In this document: piece by piece, positions 26,327 to 35,533 of the stretch
How positions within the stretch are numbered: position 1 is the stretch's first letter
How the letters are laid out: the number at the start of each line of letters is the position of its first letter
Origin: an uncultured Candidatus Saccharibacteria bacterium
GTDB lineage: Bacteria; Patescibacteriota; Saccharimonadia; CAILAD01; JADZBC01
DNA: 43,318 nucleotides
Reading direction: 5' to 3'
NCBI GenBank assembly: GCA_964600985.1
Contig: CAZRJR010000001.1
Location: 1 to 43,318, forward strand
Notes under the pieces: generated by a model
Seen by the model: the letters and a program-made list of their open reading frames with translations, nothing else
Databases searched by the model: none
Told to the model about the DNA's origin: nothing
Made by a program: the position numbers and the translations under genes

Positions 26327-27207
26327 ATGGTGTAGTTCGGCATGAAGCGCCATTTAGTTTGCGTAATCAAAACAACTTCTTTGGCGGTTGGCCCGTGGTT
26401 ACAGACATCCCTCATACTTACGCTGTTGCAATTACTTTCCCTGTCGAGGGTTGGCAGAATTCGGCCGCCGTGGTGGTATCGGAACAGAATGGTACACTGA
26501 GTACCGAGGTGTATGGCACAAAGGAGTCAGAAAAAGCTATTTCTCAGACTCTAGCAACGTTATCACTCGACGTTAATGATAGTGGTTGGCAAGAGGTAGG
26601 TAAACGAGACACGGTAATCGCTAATTTGCAAAACAAGTATGGCTACTTACGGCCAATCTTGTTCCACTCGCCCTATGAGGCCGCGGCTGGATTCATTATT
26701 GGTCAGCGCATCTCTGTAAAGCAGCGCCAGGCCATACAGGCCAAAATGGCCGACCAATTGGGGCAAAAGATTATATTGAATGGTGCTGAATACGCTGCCT
26801 TCCCATCCCCGCAAGTACTCTTAGAGCTCAGCGAGTTTCAGGGTTTGAGCGAGGTTAAAGTTCGGCGACTCAAAGGCATTGCGCAAGCTGCTTTGGATGG
26901 CCGGCTAGATCGCAAAAAACTTTTGAGTATGTCGGTAAGCGATGCATTGGAGAGCTTACAATCGTACGATGGCATCGGTCCATTCTGCGCTAGTGGTATT
27001 CTCTACCGTGGTGCTGGGATAGTAGACAATATTACGGACGATGATCTTACCAAATACGCCGTCAAGCACGCTTATGGTTTAGATTTTAGACCGTCACAAA
27101 AGCAGGTTCTGGAGATTGCTGAATTGTGGAGGCCATACAGGATGTGGTGTGAGGTACTGCTACATGTGTGGATGCGCCGAGAGGTTGGTGTGCCAAAACG
27201 GCACTAA
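26323..27207 (+). CDS. HhH-GPD DNA glycosylase, AlkA-like
   Basis: The helix-hairpin-helix LQSYDGIGPFCASGILYRGAG is followed by acidic residues. The size and the N-terminal AlkA_N-like part fit. It overlaps the upstream stop with ATGA. Confidence 0.65.
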   Translation: MNGVVRHEAPFSLRNQNNFFGGWPVVTDIPHTYAVAITFPVEGWQNSAAVVVSEQNGTLSTEVYGTKESEKAISQTLATLSLDVNDSGWQEVGKRDTVIANLQNKYGYLRPILFHSPYEAAAGFIIGQRISVKQRQAIQAKMADQLGQKIILNGAEYAAFPSPQVLLELSEFQGLSEVKVRRLKGIAQAALDGRLDRKKLLSMSVSDALESLQSYDGIGPFCASGILYRGAGIVDNITDDDLTKYAVKHAYGLDFRPSQKQVLEIAELWRPYRMWCEVLLHVWMRREVGVPKRH

Positions 27208-27300
27208 GGTTCCCGAGGTTTACACGAGACTAACTACCATGCAAGTTGTTAGTTACCCTCATGCTTGCAGCCTTGATCCGGCCAGCGGTATTCTGGGTGC

Positions 27301-28740
27301 ATGACGCGCTCCATCCAGATTGTAGTTGTGGCCATTGGATTTTTACTCGGCATAGTGGCGGCTGAGCAGTTTAGTTTTGCATTGAATGGCTGGATCGTAG
27401 TGTGGGCGCTGTGTGCAGCCGTTGCTATTTACTACCTGCGCAAAGCCAAACTGGCCTACGTGCTAATTCTTCTTCTAGCACTTGTAGCTGGTGGCGTACG
27501 ACAAGCGCACTTTGTAGCTTCGCAGCCAAGCTCGACGATTAACAAACTACACTACCATAAAGTCGTGGTGAGTGGTCAGGTAGTGGGTGAGCCCTACTGG
27601 GACAGCAAGAAGAACTATGTATTCTTCATGGACAACTTGGTGGTGGAGGGCAAGCCAGTAGCGGGCGAACTACGTGTTAAGTCGTTGGTGGGAAACGCTC
27701 GCGAAGGTTACAGGGTGGCAGTACAAGGTAAAGTACTGCCGAGTTTGGGCAGAGCTAGCAGCGCAGTTAGTTATGCCAGGGTTACTATTTTGTCCACTCA
27801 GCAACCGTGGCTTACGCAAGTTAAAACCGAGTTTAGCAAAGGAGTGCGGCGGGCGCTGCCAGAGCCATCGGCCAGCTTTATGCTTGGCATTATGATCGGA
27901 GCGCGCTCCACGCTGCCCAAACAAATTCAGGACCTGCTAGCAGCGGTTGGGCTTTCGCACATAACCGCCGTGTCGGGCTATAACCTAACCATTATTATCG
28001 TTGCTATGGCTCGGGTATTTGGTAAGAAGTGGCAGTGGGGTGGTCTGGTTGCTTCACTGTGGCTAATAATTGGCTTTGTGGTCCTTACTGGCGCTTCGGC
28101 ATCGATTGTGCGGGCAGGCATAATGTCGAGCGCCTTTTTGCTTGCCCGCTACTATGGCCGCAAGCTAGATATGCTAGCCTGTTTAGGTATAGGTGTGTTG
28201 GTAACCCTATCATGGAGTCCGAGCTATCTGCACGACCTTGGTTGGCAATTATCGTTCTTAGCCTTAACCGGGATTATCCTGCTTACCCCTGTGTTCATAG
28301 CTGTTATTCCCAAACGGTTTGGTGTGCTAGGCGAGGTGGTGGCAGTTTCGTTAGCGGCTCAGCTAGCTACTTTGCCGCTGATTGCCTTTACCTTTGGCAC
28401 TGTAGCCTTGGTGTCGCCGTTGGCAAATGCCCTTATATTGCCGCTTGTTCCACCACTTATGCTGCTCGGCTTTGTGTTGGGCATACTGGGTATGTTGGTG
28501 CCAGGTGGGGTAGCCGTATTGGCGAGTCCGGTAACGCTCTTGGTTAACGGACTGATTGACTTCATTCGCTACCTCGCTACCTTGCCGCACGCCACGATTG
28601 CCAACAGTGCACCGTCGTTACCACTTTTGATCAGCTTTTACTCCATCCTACTTGTCTTGGTTGGTTTTGGTCGGCGTAGTTTGGGTGAAGTGCCTACAAC
28701 TGCTATAATTACAGGTATAGGAGATAGCAAACCAGTATGA
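27301..28740 (+). CDS. comEC: DNA internalisation channel ComEC/Rec2 (membrane core only, no metallo-beta-lactamase domain)
   Basis: An OB/DUF4131-like N-terminus is followed by the competence domain LGIMIGARSTLPKQIQDLLAAVGLSHITAVSGYNLTII. It encodes 479 aa. Confidence 0.8.
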   Translation: MTRSIQIVVVAIGFLLGIVAAEQFSFALNGWIVVWALCAAVAIYYLRKAKLAYVLILLLALVAGGVRQAHFVASQPSSTINKLHYHKVVVSGQVVGEPYWDSKKNYVFFMDNLVVEGKPVAGELRVKSLVGNAREGYRVAVQGKVLPSLGRASSAVSYARVTILSTQQPWLTQVKTEFSKGVRRALPEPSASFMLGIMIGARSTLPKQIQDLLAAVGLSHITAVSGYNLTIIIVAMARVFGKKWQWGGLVASLWLIIGFVVLTGASASIVRAGIMSSAFLLARYYGRKLDMLACLGIGVLVTLSWSPSYLHDLGWQLSFLALTGIILLTPVFIAVIPKRFGVLGEVVAVSLAAQLATLPLIAFTFGTVALVSPLANALILPLVPPLMLLGFVLGILGMLVPGGVAVLASPVTLLVNGLIDFIRYLATLPHATIANSAPSLPLLISFYSILLVLVGFGRRSLGEVPTTAIITGIGDSKPV

Positions 28741-29474
28741 GCGGACACAGTAAATGGCACTCTATTAAGCACAAAAAAGGCGCAGCCGATGCTAAGCGTG
28801 GCAAGATCTTTACTAAGGTCGCGGCCGAAATCGCTGTAGCAGCCAAAGACGGCGCTGACCCAGACATGAACTTTAAGCTGCGCTTGGCTATCCAAAAAGC
28901 CAAAGCTGTTAATATGCCAGCTACCAACATTGATCGTGCCATTGCTCGTGGTGCCGGCACGGCTGGTGGGGCCGCACTCGAGGAGCTCATGTACGAGGGG
29001 TATGGTCCAAGTGGCGTGGCGGTGATGGTAAGTGCGCTAACCGACAATCGCAATAGAACCGGCCCAGAGGTAAAGTCGGCCTTCGCGAAGTATGGTGGTA
29101 ACCTGGGTGCGCCAGGTTCGGTGAGTTACTTGTTTGAACAAAAAGGCGTATTAGTTTGCAAGTCAGGTGCCGACAAGGAGGCCATGGAGCTCGTCGCAAT
29201 AGACGCTGGGGCTACTGACATAGATGACAGCGGCGAACAATTGATTGTCTACACGGCACCACATGACGTAGAGAAGATGCGTGAGGCGTTGGGGCCGGAC
29301 AACGTAGAGAGTGCAGAGGTAGAGAAGATTGCCAGTCAAACCATTCTCGTAGATGATGAAAAGAAGGCCAGTAGCTTGATGAAGATGATCGATACGCTCG
29401 AGGAGTCTGATGATGTGATTGAAGTCGCGGCCAACTACGACATACCTGACGAGATTATGGAAAAGTTAGGCTAG
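28737..29474 (+). CDS. yebC: YebC/PmpR family transcriptional regulator
   Basis: The N-terminus is MSGHSKWHSIKHKKGAADAKRGKIFTK. It encodes 245 aa. Confidence 0.93.
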   Translation: MSGHSKWHSIKHKKGAADAKRGKIFTKVAAEIAVAAKDGADPDMNFKLRLAIQKAKAVNMPATNIDRAIARGAGTAGGAALEELMYEGYGPSGVAVMVSALTDNRNRTGPEVKSAFAKYGGNLGAPGSVSYLFEQKGVLVCKSGADKEAMELVAIDAGATDIDDSGEQLIVYTAPHDVEKMREALGPDNVESAEVEKIASQTILVDDEKKASSLMKMIDTLEESDDVIEVAANYDIPDEIMEKLG

Positions 29475-29945
29475 CTTCTCGTGCCACAGAATCTTATCAA
29501 CACTTCGTTTGGTCTTGCCCTCTGGTGGGTAATCACGAAACAACCAATCGTACTCTGCAGGTGAGTGGGTTCGAAGGCTTGTACTGATTGCCCTCTCGTT
29601 ACCAACGTAAAAACCGATGTGTGTGAAGCTGCCTTCTGCTCCAAAGTCCTGTGGCTCCCAGATTAGAATGGCGCCCTCGCGGGGCTTGGTTATTTCTACC
29701 CAGCCACTTTCTTCAAGGTCTTTGATCGTACTGTTGACCGTCATGTGGATTGACTTACTTAGTCCAAACATAGTGGTAATAGAGGATACGAAGTATGCAC
29801 AGGACACGTCGCCGTCGTTTAGCACGTCTCGCTCGATACCTTGCTCCCTAACATAGAAGTTACGCCAGGTGTTAGCTCCCTTGCTGTTTTGAATGGCGGC
29901 CAAGTAGCTTCTAAGTATGAGTCTGGTGATGTTCGGGTCTGCCAT
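29466..29945 (-). CDS. NlpC/P60-like cysteine peptidase (no signal peptide seen)
   Basis: The candidate nucleophile lies in GDVSCAYFVSSI and the candidate His in GAILIWE...FTHIGFYVGNERAIS. The start was trimmed to ATG 29945. Confidence 0.5.
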   Translation of the reverse strand: MADPNITRLILRSYLAAIQNSKGANTWRNFYVREQGIERDVLNDGDVSCAYFVSSITTMFGLSKSIHMTVNSTIKDLEESGWVEITKPREGAILIWEPQDFGAEGSFTHIGFYVGNERAISTSLRTHSPAEYDWLFRDYPPEGKTKRSVDKILWHEKLA

Positions 29946-29977
29946 ACATGTATTATACACCTGCTACAATGGGTAGT

Positions 29978-30460
29978 ATGAAGATCCTTGGAATTGACCC
30001 TGGCACTGCTACGACTGGCTTTGCTGTGTTGGAAGTACAAAATAATTCACGAAGTGTATTGGATTGCGGAGTGATATCTACGCCGGCTGATTGGGGCATG
30101 CCTAAGCGCCTACAGACGATCTATGACGACTTATCTGAGTTAGTACGTCACCACCAGCCTAACTGTATTGTGATCGAGCAGCTCTTTTTTACCAATAACA
30201 TTACTACGGGGATTTCGGTTGGTCAGGCACGTGGGGTTGTTATGTTGGTTGGCGCTCAGCACAATCTAGTATTTGCCGAATATACACCATTGCAGGTTAA
30301 ACAAGCAGTAACTGGTTATGGTAAAGCTACGAAGCAACAAGTACAGCAAATGGTTAAAACCATTCTGGGGCTCAAATCTATACCAAAGCCGGATGATGCT
30401 GCCGATGCACTCGCCATTGCAATCTGCCACGCCGCTACCCTCAAGCCTGCCACGATCTGA
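29978..30460 (+). CDS. ruvC: Holliday junction resolvase RuvC
   Basis: MKILGIDPGTATTGFAVLE is present, with DAADALAIAICH at the C-terminus. An extended -10 (TGCTACAAT) ends 7 nt before this ATG. Confidence 0.9.
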   Translation: MKILGIDPGTATTGFAVLEVQNNSRSVLDCGVISTPADWGMPKRLQTIYDDLSELVRHHQPNCIVIEQLFFTNNITTGISVGQARGVVMLVGAQHNLVFAEYTPLQVKQAVTGYGKATKQQVQQMVKTILGLKSIPKPDDAADALAIAICHAATLKPATI

Positions 30461-30472
30461 TATAATCGGTAT

Positions 30473-31030
30473 ATGATCGCATTACTTCGAGGTAGGGTGG
30501 CGCATAAGGATGTCGAGCACATTGTGCTGGATGTAGGCGGTGTGGGCTACGGAGTGTACGTAACACCACAAGCCATGCATGATATCAGCCTCGAGAGTGA
30601 GGCCACTCTACACATCGCTGAGAGTATTAAAGAAGATAGCTATACCTTGTATGGCTTTTTGGAAGCCGAACAAAAGCAACTGTATACGAGGTTCTTAAGT
30701 GTGAATGGTGTAGGCCCCAAGGTAGCCATGGCAATTCTAGCTAGCAGTGACACGTCTCGCCTGATAGAGGCAATTCGCCATGGGAATGTAGCGGTGTTTT
30801 CTACCGTAAGTGGGGTGGGAGCAAAAACAGCCCAGCGAATTGTATTGGAGCTTAAAGGTAAAATTGACCTCAACAGCCCTGTGGTTGCTGCAGGAGAAGA
30901 TCCGGCCCACCAGGCACTTGTGAGTCTTGGCTACTCACAGCAGCAGGCTGCCGAGGCATTACGCGAGGTGAGTGGTGATATACCAACTGCCGATCGAGTA
31001 AAAGCGGCACTCAAGGGTCTCAGGCGATGA
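30473..31030 (+). CDS. ruvA: Holliday junction helicase subunit RuvA
   Basis: [17 protein letters not shown] is present, with the HhH motifs [13 protein letters not shown] and [12 protein letters not shown]. Confidence 0.92.
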   Translation: MIALLRGRVAHKDVEHIVLDVGGVGYGVYVTPQAMHDISLESEATLHIAESIKEDSYTLYGFLEAEQKQLYTRFLSVNGVGPKVAMAILASSDTSRLIEAIRHGNVAVFSTVSGVGAKTAQRIVLELKGKIDLNSPVVAAGEDPAHQALVSLGYSQQQAAEALREVSGDIPTADRVKAALKGLRR

Positions 31031-32064
31031 TAGAGCGCCATGAAGATATTAGCGACGCCAAAGAAGAGTCGTTAACGCCCGACGAACAGCAGTTCGAAGA
31101 AAAGCTTCGACCAGCAAAGTTCAGCGAATATATTGGCCAGGAGCAGATTAAGTCAAGCCTGGGCTTAGCAATTGCTGCAGCTAAAAAGCGCAGCGAGGCA
31201 TTGGACCATGTGCTGCTCTATGGTCCACCAGGGCTTGGTAAAACTACTCTGGCGCACGTGATTGCAAACGAGATGGGTAAGTCGGTCAAGGTAACCAGTG
31301 GCCCGGCTATAGAACGGGCGGGTGACCTCGCCTCGATCCTTACCAACATGGCCGAGGGGGATATACTATTTATCGACGAAATCCATCGCTTGCCACGCAC
31401 GGTCGAAGAAGTCCTTTACCCAGCCATGGAGGACTATGCGCTCGATATTATGCTCGGTAAGGGTCCCTCGGCTCAGAGTTTGCGCCTCGATTTACCACGG
31501 TTTACTATTATTGGCGCTACCACACGGTTTGGAGCGTTGTCGGGACCACTTCGCGATCGGTTTGGCTTAATCCATCGACTTGAGTACTACCAGCCCGATG
31601 AAATCGCCAGTATATTGGCCCGCTCGGCTCGCCTCATGGATATTCCCACAAGCCCAGATGTATTGAATGTAATGGCGGCTCGTTCACGGCTAACACCGCG
31701 GATTGCGAACCGGCTCATACGACGCGTGCGTGACTATGCTCAGGTGCATGGTGACGGATCGCTTAGTAGTGACTCGCTTGATCGTACGCTTGAGCTATTG
31801 GACATAGATGAATTCGGTTTGGACCGCAGCGATCGGCGCATACTCAATACGATAATAAACAACTATAGGGGTGGCCCAGTTGGTGTTGCCGCTATTGCAG
31901 CAGCAGCAGGCGAGGAGCCACTTACTATAGAAGACGTTTATGAACCATATTTAATCCAAATTGGTTTCTTGGAGCGTACCCATAGAGGCCGACAGGTTAC
32001 CCCCAAGGCGTATGTGCATCTTGGCATTGAGCCCCCGGCCGATTCCCACACGAAGCTTTTGTAA
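31027..32064 (+). CDS. ruvB: Holliday junction helicase subunit RuvB
   Basis: [13 protein letters not shown], Walker [12 protein letters not shown], and Walker [10 protein letters not shown] are present. Confidence 0.96.
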   Translation: MIERHEDISDAKEESLTPDEQQFEEKLRPAKFSEYIGQEQIKSSLGLAIAAAKKRSEALDHVLLYGPPGLGKTTLAHVIANEMGKSVKVTSGPAIERAGDLASILTNMAEGDILFIDEIHRLPRTVEEVLYPAMEDYALDIMLGKGPSAQSLRLDLPRFTIIGATTRFGALSGPLRDRFGLIHRLEYYQPDEIASILARSARLMDIPTSPDVLNVMAARSRLTPRIANRLIRRVRDYAQVHGDGSLSSDSLDRTLELLDIDEFGLDRSDRRILNTIINNYRGGPVGVAAIAAAAGEEPLTIEDVYEPYLIQIGFLERTHRGRQVTPKAYVHLGIEPPADSHTKLL

Positions 32065-32091
32065 CCATTCAAGGTAGGGTAAACTATAGTT

Positions 32092-32739
32092 ATGAAGCCA
32101 ACTGATCCAGCTCGATGTAGATACCCTGGTCAACCCGAGGAAGAGGTAACTAAGCAGGTTTTTTACAAGTCGTTTGTGATGGTTTTGCCGGTAGTGGTGG
32201 CGGGGCTTATTCTGGGCGCTTTGGCCTTTCTTGGTATGTCGTATGGTGCTGCTCACCCCGAGATTAGGCTGGATCAGTACCTGCCGGTCATTAACGGCTC
32301 GGCCTTTGCTATGTTTTGCCTTTTGGCATTTGTATTGACTGGCTTGCTCATGTTTGGTGCGATCTGGATCTGGCGCAATAACCGTATACTCGTTACCAAT
32401 GAACATATTGTAGATATCGATCAGGTTACGTTGTTTCGCCGGAGCGTGGCCACGCTTACTCTTAGTCGGATTCAAGATGTGAGTGCCGAGATTGCGGGGC
32501 CAGTTCAGACCGTTTTTCAATACGGCACAGTAGTTATTCAGACTGCTGGCCAACAAGAAAAGTTCAAATTTGACTATCTGCCGCACCCTTATGATGTGGA
32601 GCAATATGTGCTTGAGGTGCACAAAGAGTATTTGGCTGAACATGGTGAGACTGATGGTTTAGTGGAGCGCCAAGGGCTGAGATCAAACACGGGTGATACG
32701 CCCGGCGCAACAATTAATCAAAACCCACTCGAGCAGTAA
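32092..32739 (+). CDS. Membrane protein with bacterial PH domain (bPH_2/YdbT-like)
   Basis: Two TM helices are followed by ILVTNEHIVDIDQVTLFRRSVATLTLSRIQDV...YGTVVIQTAG. Confidence 0.6.
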   Translation: MKPTDPARCRYPGQPEEEVTKQVFYKSFVMVLPVVVAGLILGALAFLGMSYGAAHPEIRLDQYLPVINGSAFAMFCLLAFVLTGLLMFGAIWIWRNNRILVTNEHIVDIDQVTLFRRSVATLTLSRIQDVSAEIAGPVQTVFQYGTVVIQTAGQQEKFKFDYLPHPYDVEQYVLEVHKEYLAEHGETDGLVERQGLRSNTGDTPGATINQNPLEQ

Positions 32740-32780
32740 CTAGCTACCCTCATAGCTTATGAGTAGTTGATGAGCGGGAG

Positions 32781-33227
32781 CTAATTTGCGCTCAAGATCT
32801 CGTAGGTGTCTGCCGTACCTTTCTTAATGTCCTTATCCTTAGAGTTCTCTAGGTGTACCTGTAGAACATAAGAGCTAGCGGGATTACCCGAAGTAGAGTA
32901 GGTATATTGCACCTTGGTTTTAGGGTCTGTTGGGAGCGGTGGCTTGAGGTATGGCGTAGCTCCCTCTACGAGTACTGTCAGGGTTGCTGGATAGTTACCG
33001 TTCTCTTGGTAATAGCTTTCGAGAGCACTTTGGATCTTGGCCATATCTTGCTTGCGGTCAGCGTCACGTGCATTAATTGGACCAGCTACAAGCCGCGGGT
33101 ACAGCACAAAGGCAAGTAGGCTCACGAGCACAATTACCACCAGTAATTCGAGGAGTGTAAAGCCTTTTTGGCTAGTAAATTTTTGGCGAGCTATAAGTTT
33201 CATTGCTTCCGTGTGCTTATTGCTCAT
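32781..33227 (-). CDS. Type IV pilin / pseudopilin (prepilin-type N-terminal cleavage-methylation signal)
   Basis: The class III signal KG-FTLLELLVVIVLVSLLA is present. It encodes 148 aa. Confidence 0.85.
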   Translation of the reverse strand: MSNKHTEAMKLIARQKFTSQKGFTLLELLVVIVLVSLLAFVLYPRLVAGPINARDADRKQDMAKIQSALESYYQENGNYPATLTVLVEGATPYLKPPLPTDPKTKVQYTYSTSGNPASSYVLQVHLENSKDKDIKKGTADTYEILSAN

Positions 33228-33325
33228 ATTGTATGACTTTTATGCTTATGGCGCAAGACGGCTCGTTTTGCGTGGTAGTTTCGCTTACGCTTTACTTTCG
33301 GTTTTTTGTTTCATAGAATGGCTCT

Positions 33326-34618
33326 ATGAAGCGTTGCGCAACATTCATTTTGGTAGGGTTAGTGATGAGCATGGGGTTGAATTGTTTTGTTGCCGTGCGG
33401 GCTCAGGCTGTTTCCGGCAGTATGGTACTAAGCGAGGTGCTACCAGGCAGTACAGATTCTCAGAGTAACGAATTTATTGAACTCTATAATAATTCCGATC
33501 AGCCAGTAGCGCTATCTGGCTGGACGGCAGAATACAAGTCGGCTACTGGCAAATCGTGGTCCAAGCGGGCAACGCTGGCGCAGAGCGACAGTGTTCAGGG
33601 CCATGAGTATATCGTACTCAGTACCGAGGCTACGGATTCCCTTCGCCTCAGTAGTGGTATGGCTCAGGGTGGCGGTAACGTGCGCTTGCGAGACGCTAGT
33701 GGGAATGTGGTGGATCAGTTGGCTTGGGGTGACGGCGATAGTGCCGAGGATCAGTCAGTGTCAGCTCCACCTCTTGGTCAAAGCATGGCTCGGGCTCTTA
33801 GTGGCGATACTACGCTTCTCGTGGATAGCGATAACAACGCCAGTGACTTTCATATAGCTACGGCGCCAACTCCCGGAGCATCCCCTATAAATGACCAAGT
33901 GCCGGTGCCGGTTGTACTGCCTCCCGGTTCGACGGGTGGCGATGTGATTCTCAGCGAGCTTTTACCAGATCCTCAGAGTCCACTGAGTGATACGAAGGAC
34001 GAATATATAGAGCTTTATAATCAGGGTGACAGCGATGCTAGCCTTGAAGGCTGGAGCTTACGAGACAAAACGGGCCACATATACAGGTTTGGGCCACTAA
34101 GTATTCCGGCCAATAGCTATATGGTATTCAAAAGTGCCATAACCAAGATTAGCCTAAATAATGATGGTGACGAAATATCCCTACTCGATGCCTCGGACGT
34201 GGTGGTGGATAGCTCGCCAAACTATGGCAGTGCCAAGCCTGGTCTTACGTGGGGCGTAAGCGATGGTGTATGGGCCTGGCTGAGCGAACCTACCCCCGGA
34301 TCTTCTAATGCAGCTCCACTTCCGCCCGAAGCTCAAGCGGCCGCCAAGGCAACGAGTAAAAAGACCACTACCAAATCACCTACGAAGAAGTCCTCGGCCT
34401 CTGCTAAGAAAGCTAAAAAGACCAGCGCCATTGCTAAAAAGGCGAGCGCAGCGAGCCCTACATCTTACGCAGCTACCGAAGTTGCGCAGAATCCAAAGCT
34501 CTGGTCTTGGTTGCTGATCTTCCTAGGACTCGGTACTATAGGTTATGGAATCTATGCATACAGACCAGAAATTACACATATTATCCACCAGCTCCGAGCA
34601 AAGCTTGGCCATCGGTAA
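33326..34618 (+). CDS. Surface protein with two lamin-tail domains, Lys-rich linker and C-terminal TM anchor
   Basis: It has a signal peptide. The LTD signatures appear twice: SEVLPG...NEFIELYNNSDQPVALSGW and SELLPDP...DEYIELYNQGDSDASLEGWSL. A KKxxxK-rich stretch precedes a TM helix. Confidence 0.8.
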   Translation: MKRCATFILVGLVMSMGLNCFVAVRAQAVSGSMVLSEVLPGSTDSQSNEFIELYNNSDQPVALSGWTAEYKSATGKSWSKRATLAQSDSVQGHEYIVLSTEATDSLRLSSGMAQGGGNVRLRDASGNVVDQLAWGDGDSAEDQSVSAPPLGQSMARALSGDTTLLVDSDNNASDFHIATAPTPGASPINDQVPVPVVLPPGSTGGDVILSELLPDPQSPLSDTKDEYIELYNQGDSDASLEGWSLRDKTGHIYRFGPLSIPANSYMVFKSAITKISLNNDGDEISLLDASDVVVDSSPNYGSAKPGLTWGVSDGVWAWLSEPTPGSSNAAPLPPEAQAAAKATSKKTTTKSPTKKSSASAKKAKKTSAIAKKASAASPTSYAATEVAQNPKLWSWLLIFLGLGTIGYGIYAYRPEITHIIHQLRAKLGHR

Positions 34619-35027
34619 AAAGATCGGCCAGCATATTCGAGCAGGTCAGCTCATAGAATTAATCGGTGATTTAGGAGGTGGTAAAACCACTCTTACAAAA
34701 GGTATTGCTGCCGGACTTGGCGTACACAAGACTATCACTAGCCCTACGTTTAGTATTCAGCGCAGCTATGAGTTGCCCAAAGGGGGTATGCTCGAGCATT
34801 TTGATCTTTATCGTTTAGAGTCGGCTGACACGGTTGCCCAAGAATTGGCGGAATGCCTACAGGATGAATCGAGTATCGTAGTTATAGAGTGGACCAAGCC
34901 ATTTGTGGCCTCATTGCGGTCCGACCGGTTGGTTATAGACTTGCAATGGAAGTCGGATAATGAGCGCAATATAGTGCTGCGAGCTACTGGGCCGGTGGGC
35001 AAGAGAGTCTTGGAGGCTGTAGCGTGA
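34545..35027 (+). CDS. tsaE: t6A biosynthesis ATPase TsaE
   Basis: The P-loop GDLGGGKTTLTKGIAAGLG and the motif FDLYRL are present. The only plausible starts (34545/34554) overlap the upstream gene by 65-74 nt. Confidence 0.85.
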   Translation: MESMHTDQKLHILSTSSEQSLAIGKKIGQHIRAGQLIELIGDLGGGKTTLTKGIAAGLGVHKTITSPTFSIQRSYELPKGGMLEHFDLYRLESADTVAQELAECLQDESSIVVIEWTKPFVASLRSDRLVIDLQWKSDNERNIVLRATGPVGKRVLEAVA

Positions 35028-35404
35028 TATTGGCTGTAAAAACCGACAACCCAGTGGCTGAGCTGTATATCCTCAACCACGACGGCACTGTTCAATCCGA
35101 ATACCGTTGGCAAGCTGGTCGTCAACTCGCCGCGTCTCTTTTAGCCACTATAAACGACTTTTTAAAACGCAACTCACTGGGCTTAGGCGGTCTGACGGGT
35201 ATTGTGGTTTACAGCGGAGGCGGATCCTTTACTGGTTTGCGGATTGGTACGAGTGTGGCCAACGCCCTGGCGTACAGTTTAAACATTCCCGTTGCCAAAT
35301 CGACCGGCGAGGACTGGCTAAACGATGCTGCCAAGCTGGTATCGCAATCCAAGCTCGGTAGCTATGTGCGCCCCGACTATAGCGGCGCGCCAAACATTAC
35401 TTAA
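35024..35404 (+). CDS. tsaB: TsaB-like protein, N-terminal half only (126 aa)
   Basis: ILAVKTDNPVAELYIL and GIVVYSGGGSFTGLRIGTSVANALAYSLNIP are present. The GTG start overlaps the tsaE stop. Confidence 0.7.
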   Translation: MILAVKTDNPVAELYILNHDGTVQSEYRWQAGRQLAASLLATINDFLKRNSLGLGGLTGIVVYSGGGSFTGLRIGTSVANALAYSLNIPVAKSTGEDWLNDAAKLVSQSKLGSYVRPDYSGAPNIT

Positions 35405-35533
35405 ACTTACTCACATTTTTGGTCGGCTTGACGCCTGGTTAGTAAAGGCATTTAATAAAGATAGGTAGTTTATTATTCTGTTACGCGGCTACTATATTTA
35501 CTCACTCAACACTAACGACTTAGAGGTACGGCC

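Noticed and set aside
28029-28547. A 172-aa alternative-frame ORF inside comEC, plus the antisense ORF at 28709-29053 across comEC/yebC.
   Set aside because: These are out-of-frame or antisense overlaps with genes that have clear family motifs. Their sequences are Cys/Trp/Arg-rich and look improbable for real proteins.
31951-32643. A 230-aa minus-strand ORF spanning the ruvB end and the bPH-domain gene.
   Set aside because: It overlaps two well-supported plus-strand genes. The sequence is basic and low in complexity with no recognisable motifs, and no RBS is present.
33037-33468. A 143-aa plus-strand ORF overlapping the pilin gene and the LTD gene start.
   Set aside because: It runs antisense to a pilin with a textbook class III signal and then out of frame with the LTD signal peptide. 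The leaderless promoter fits ATG 33326 instead.
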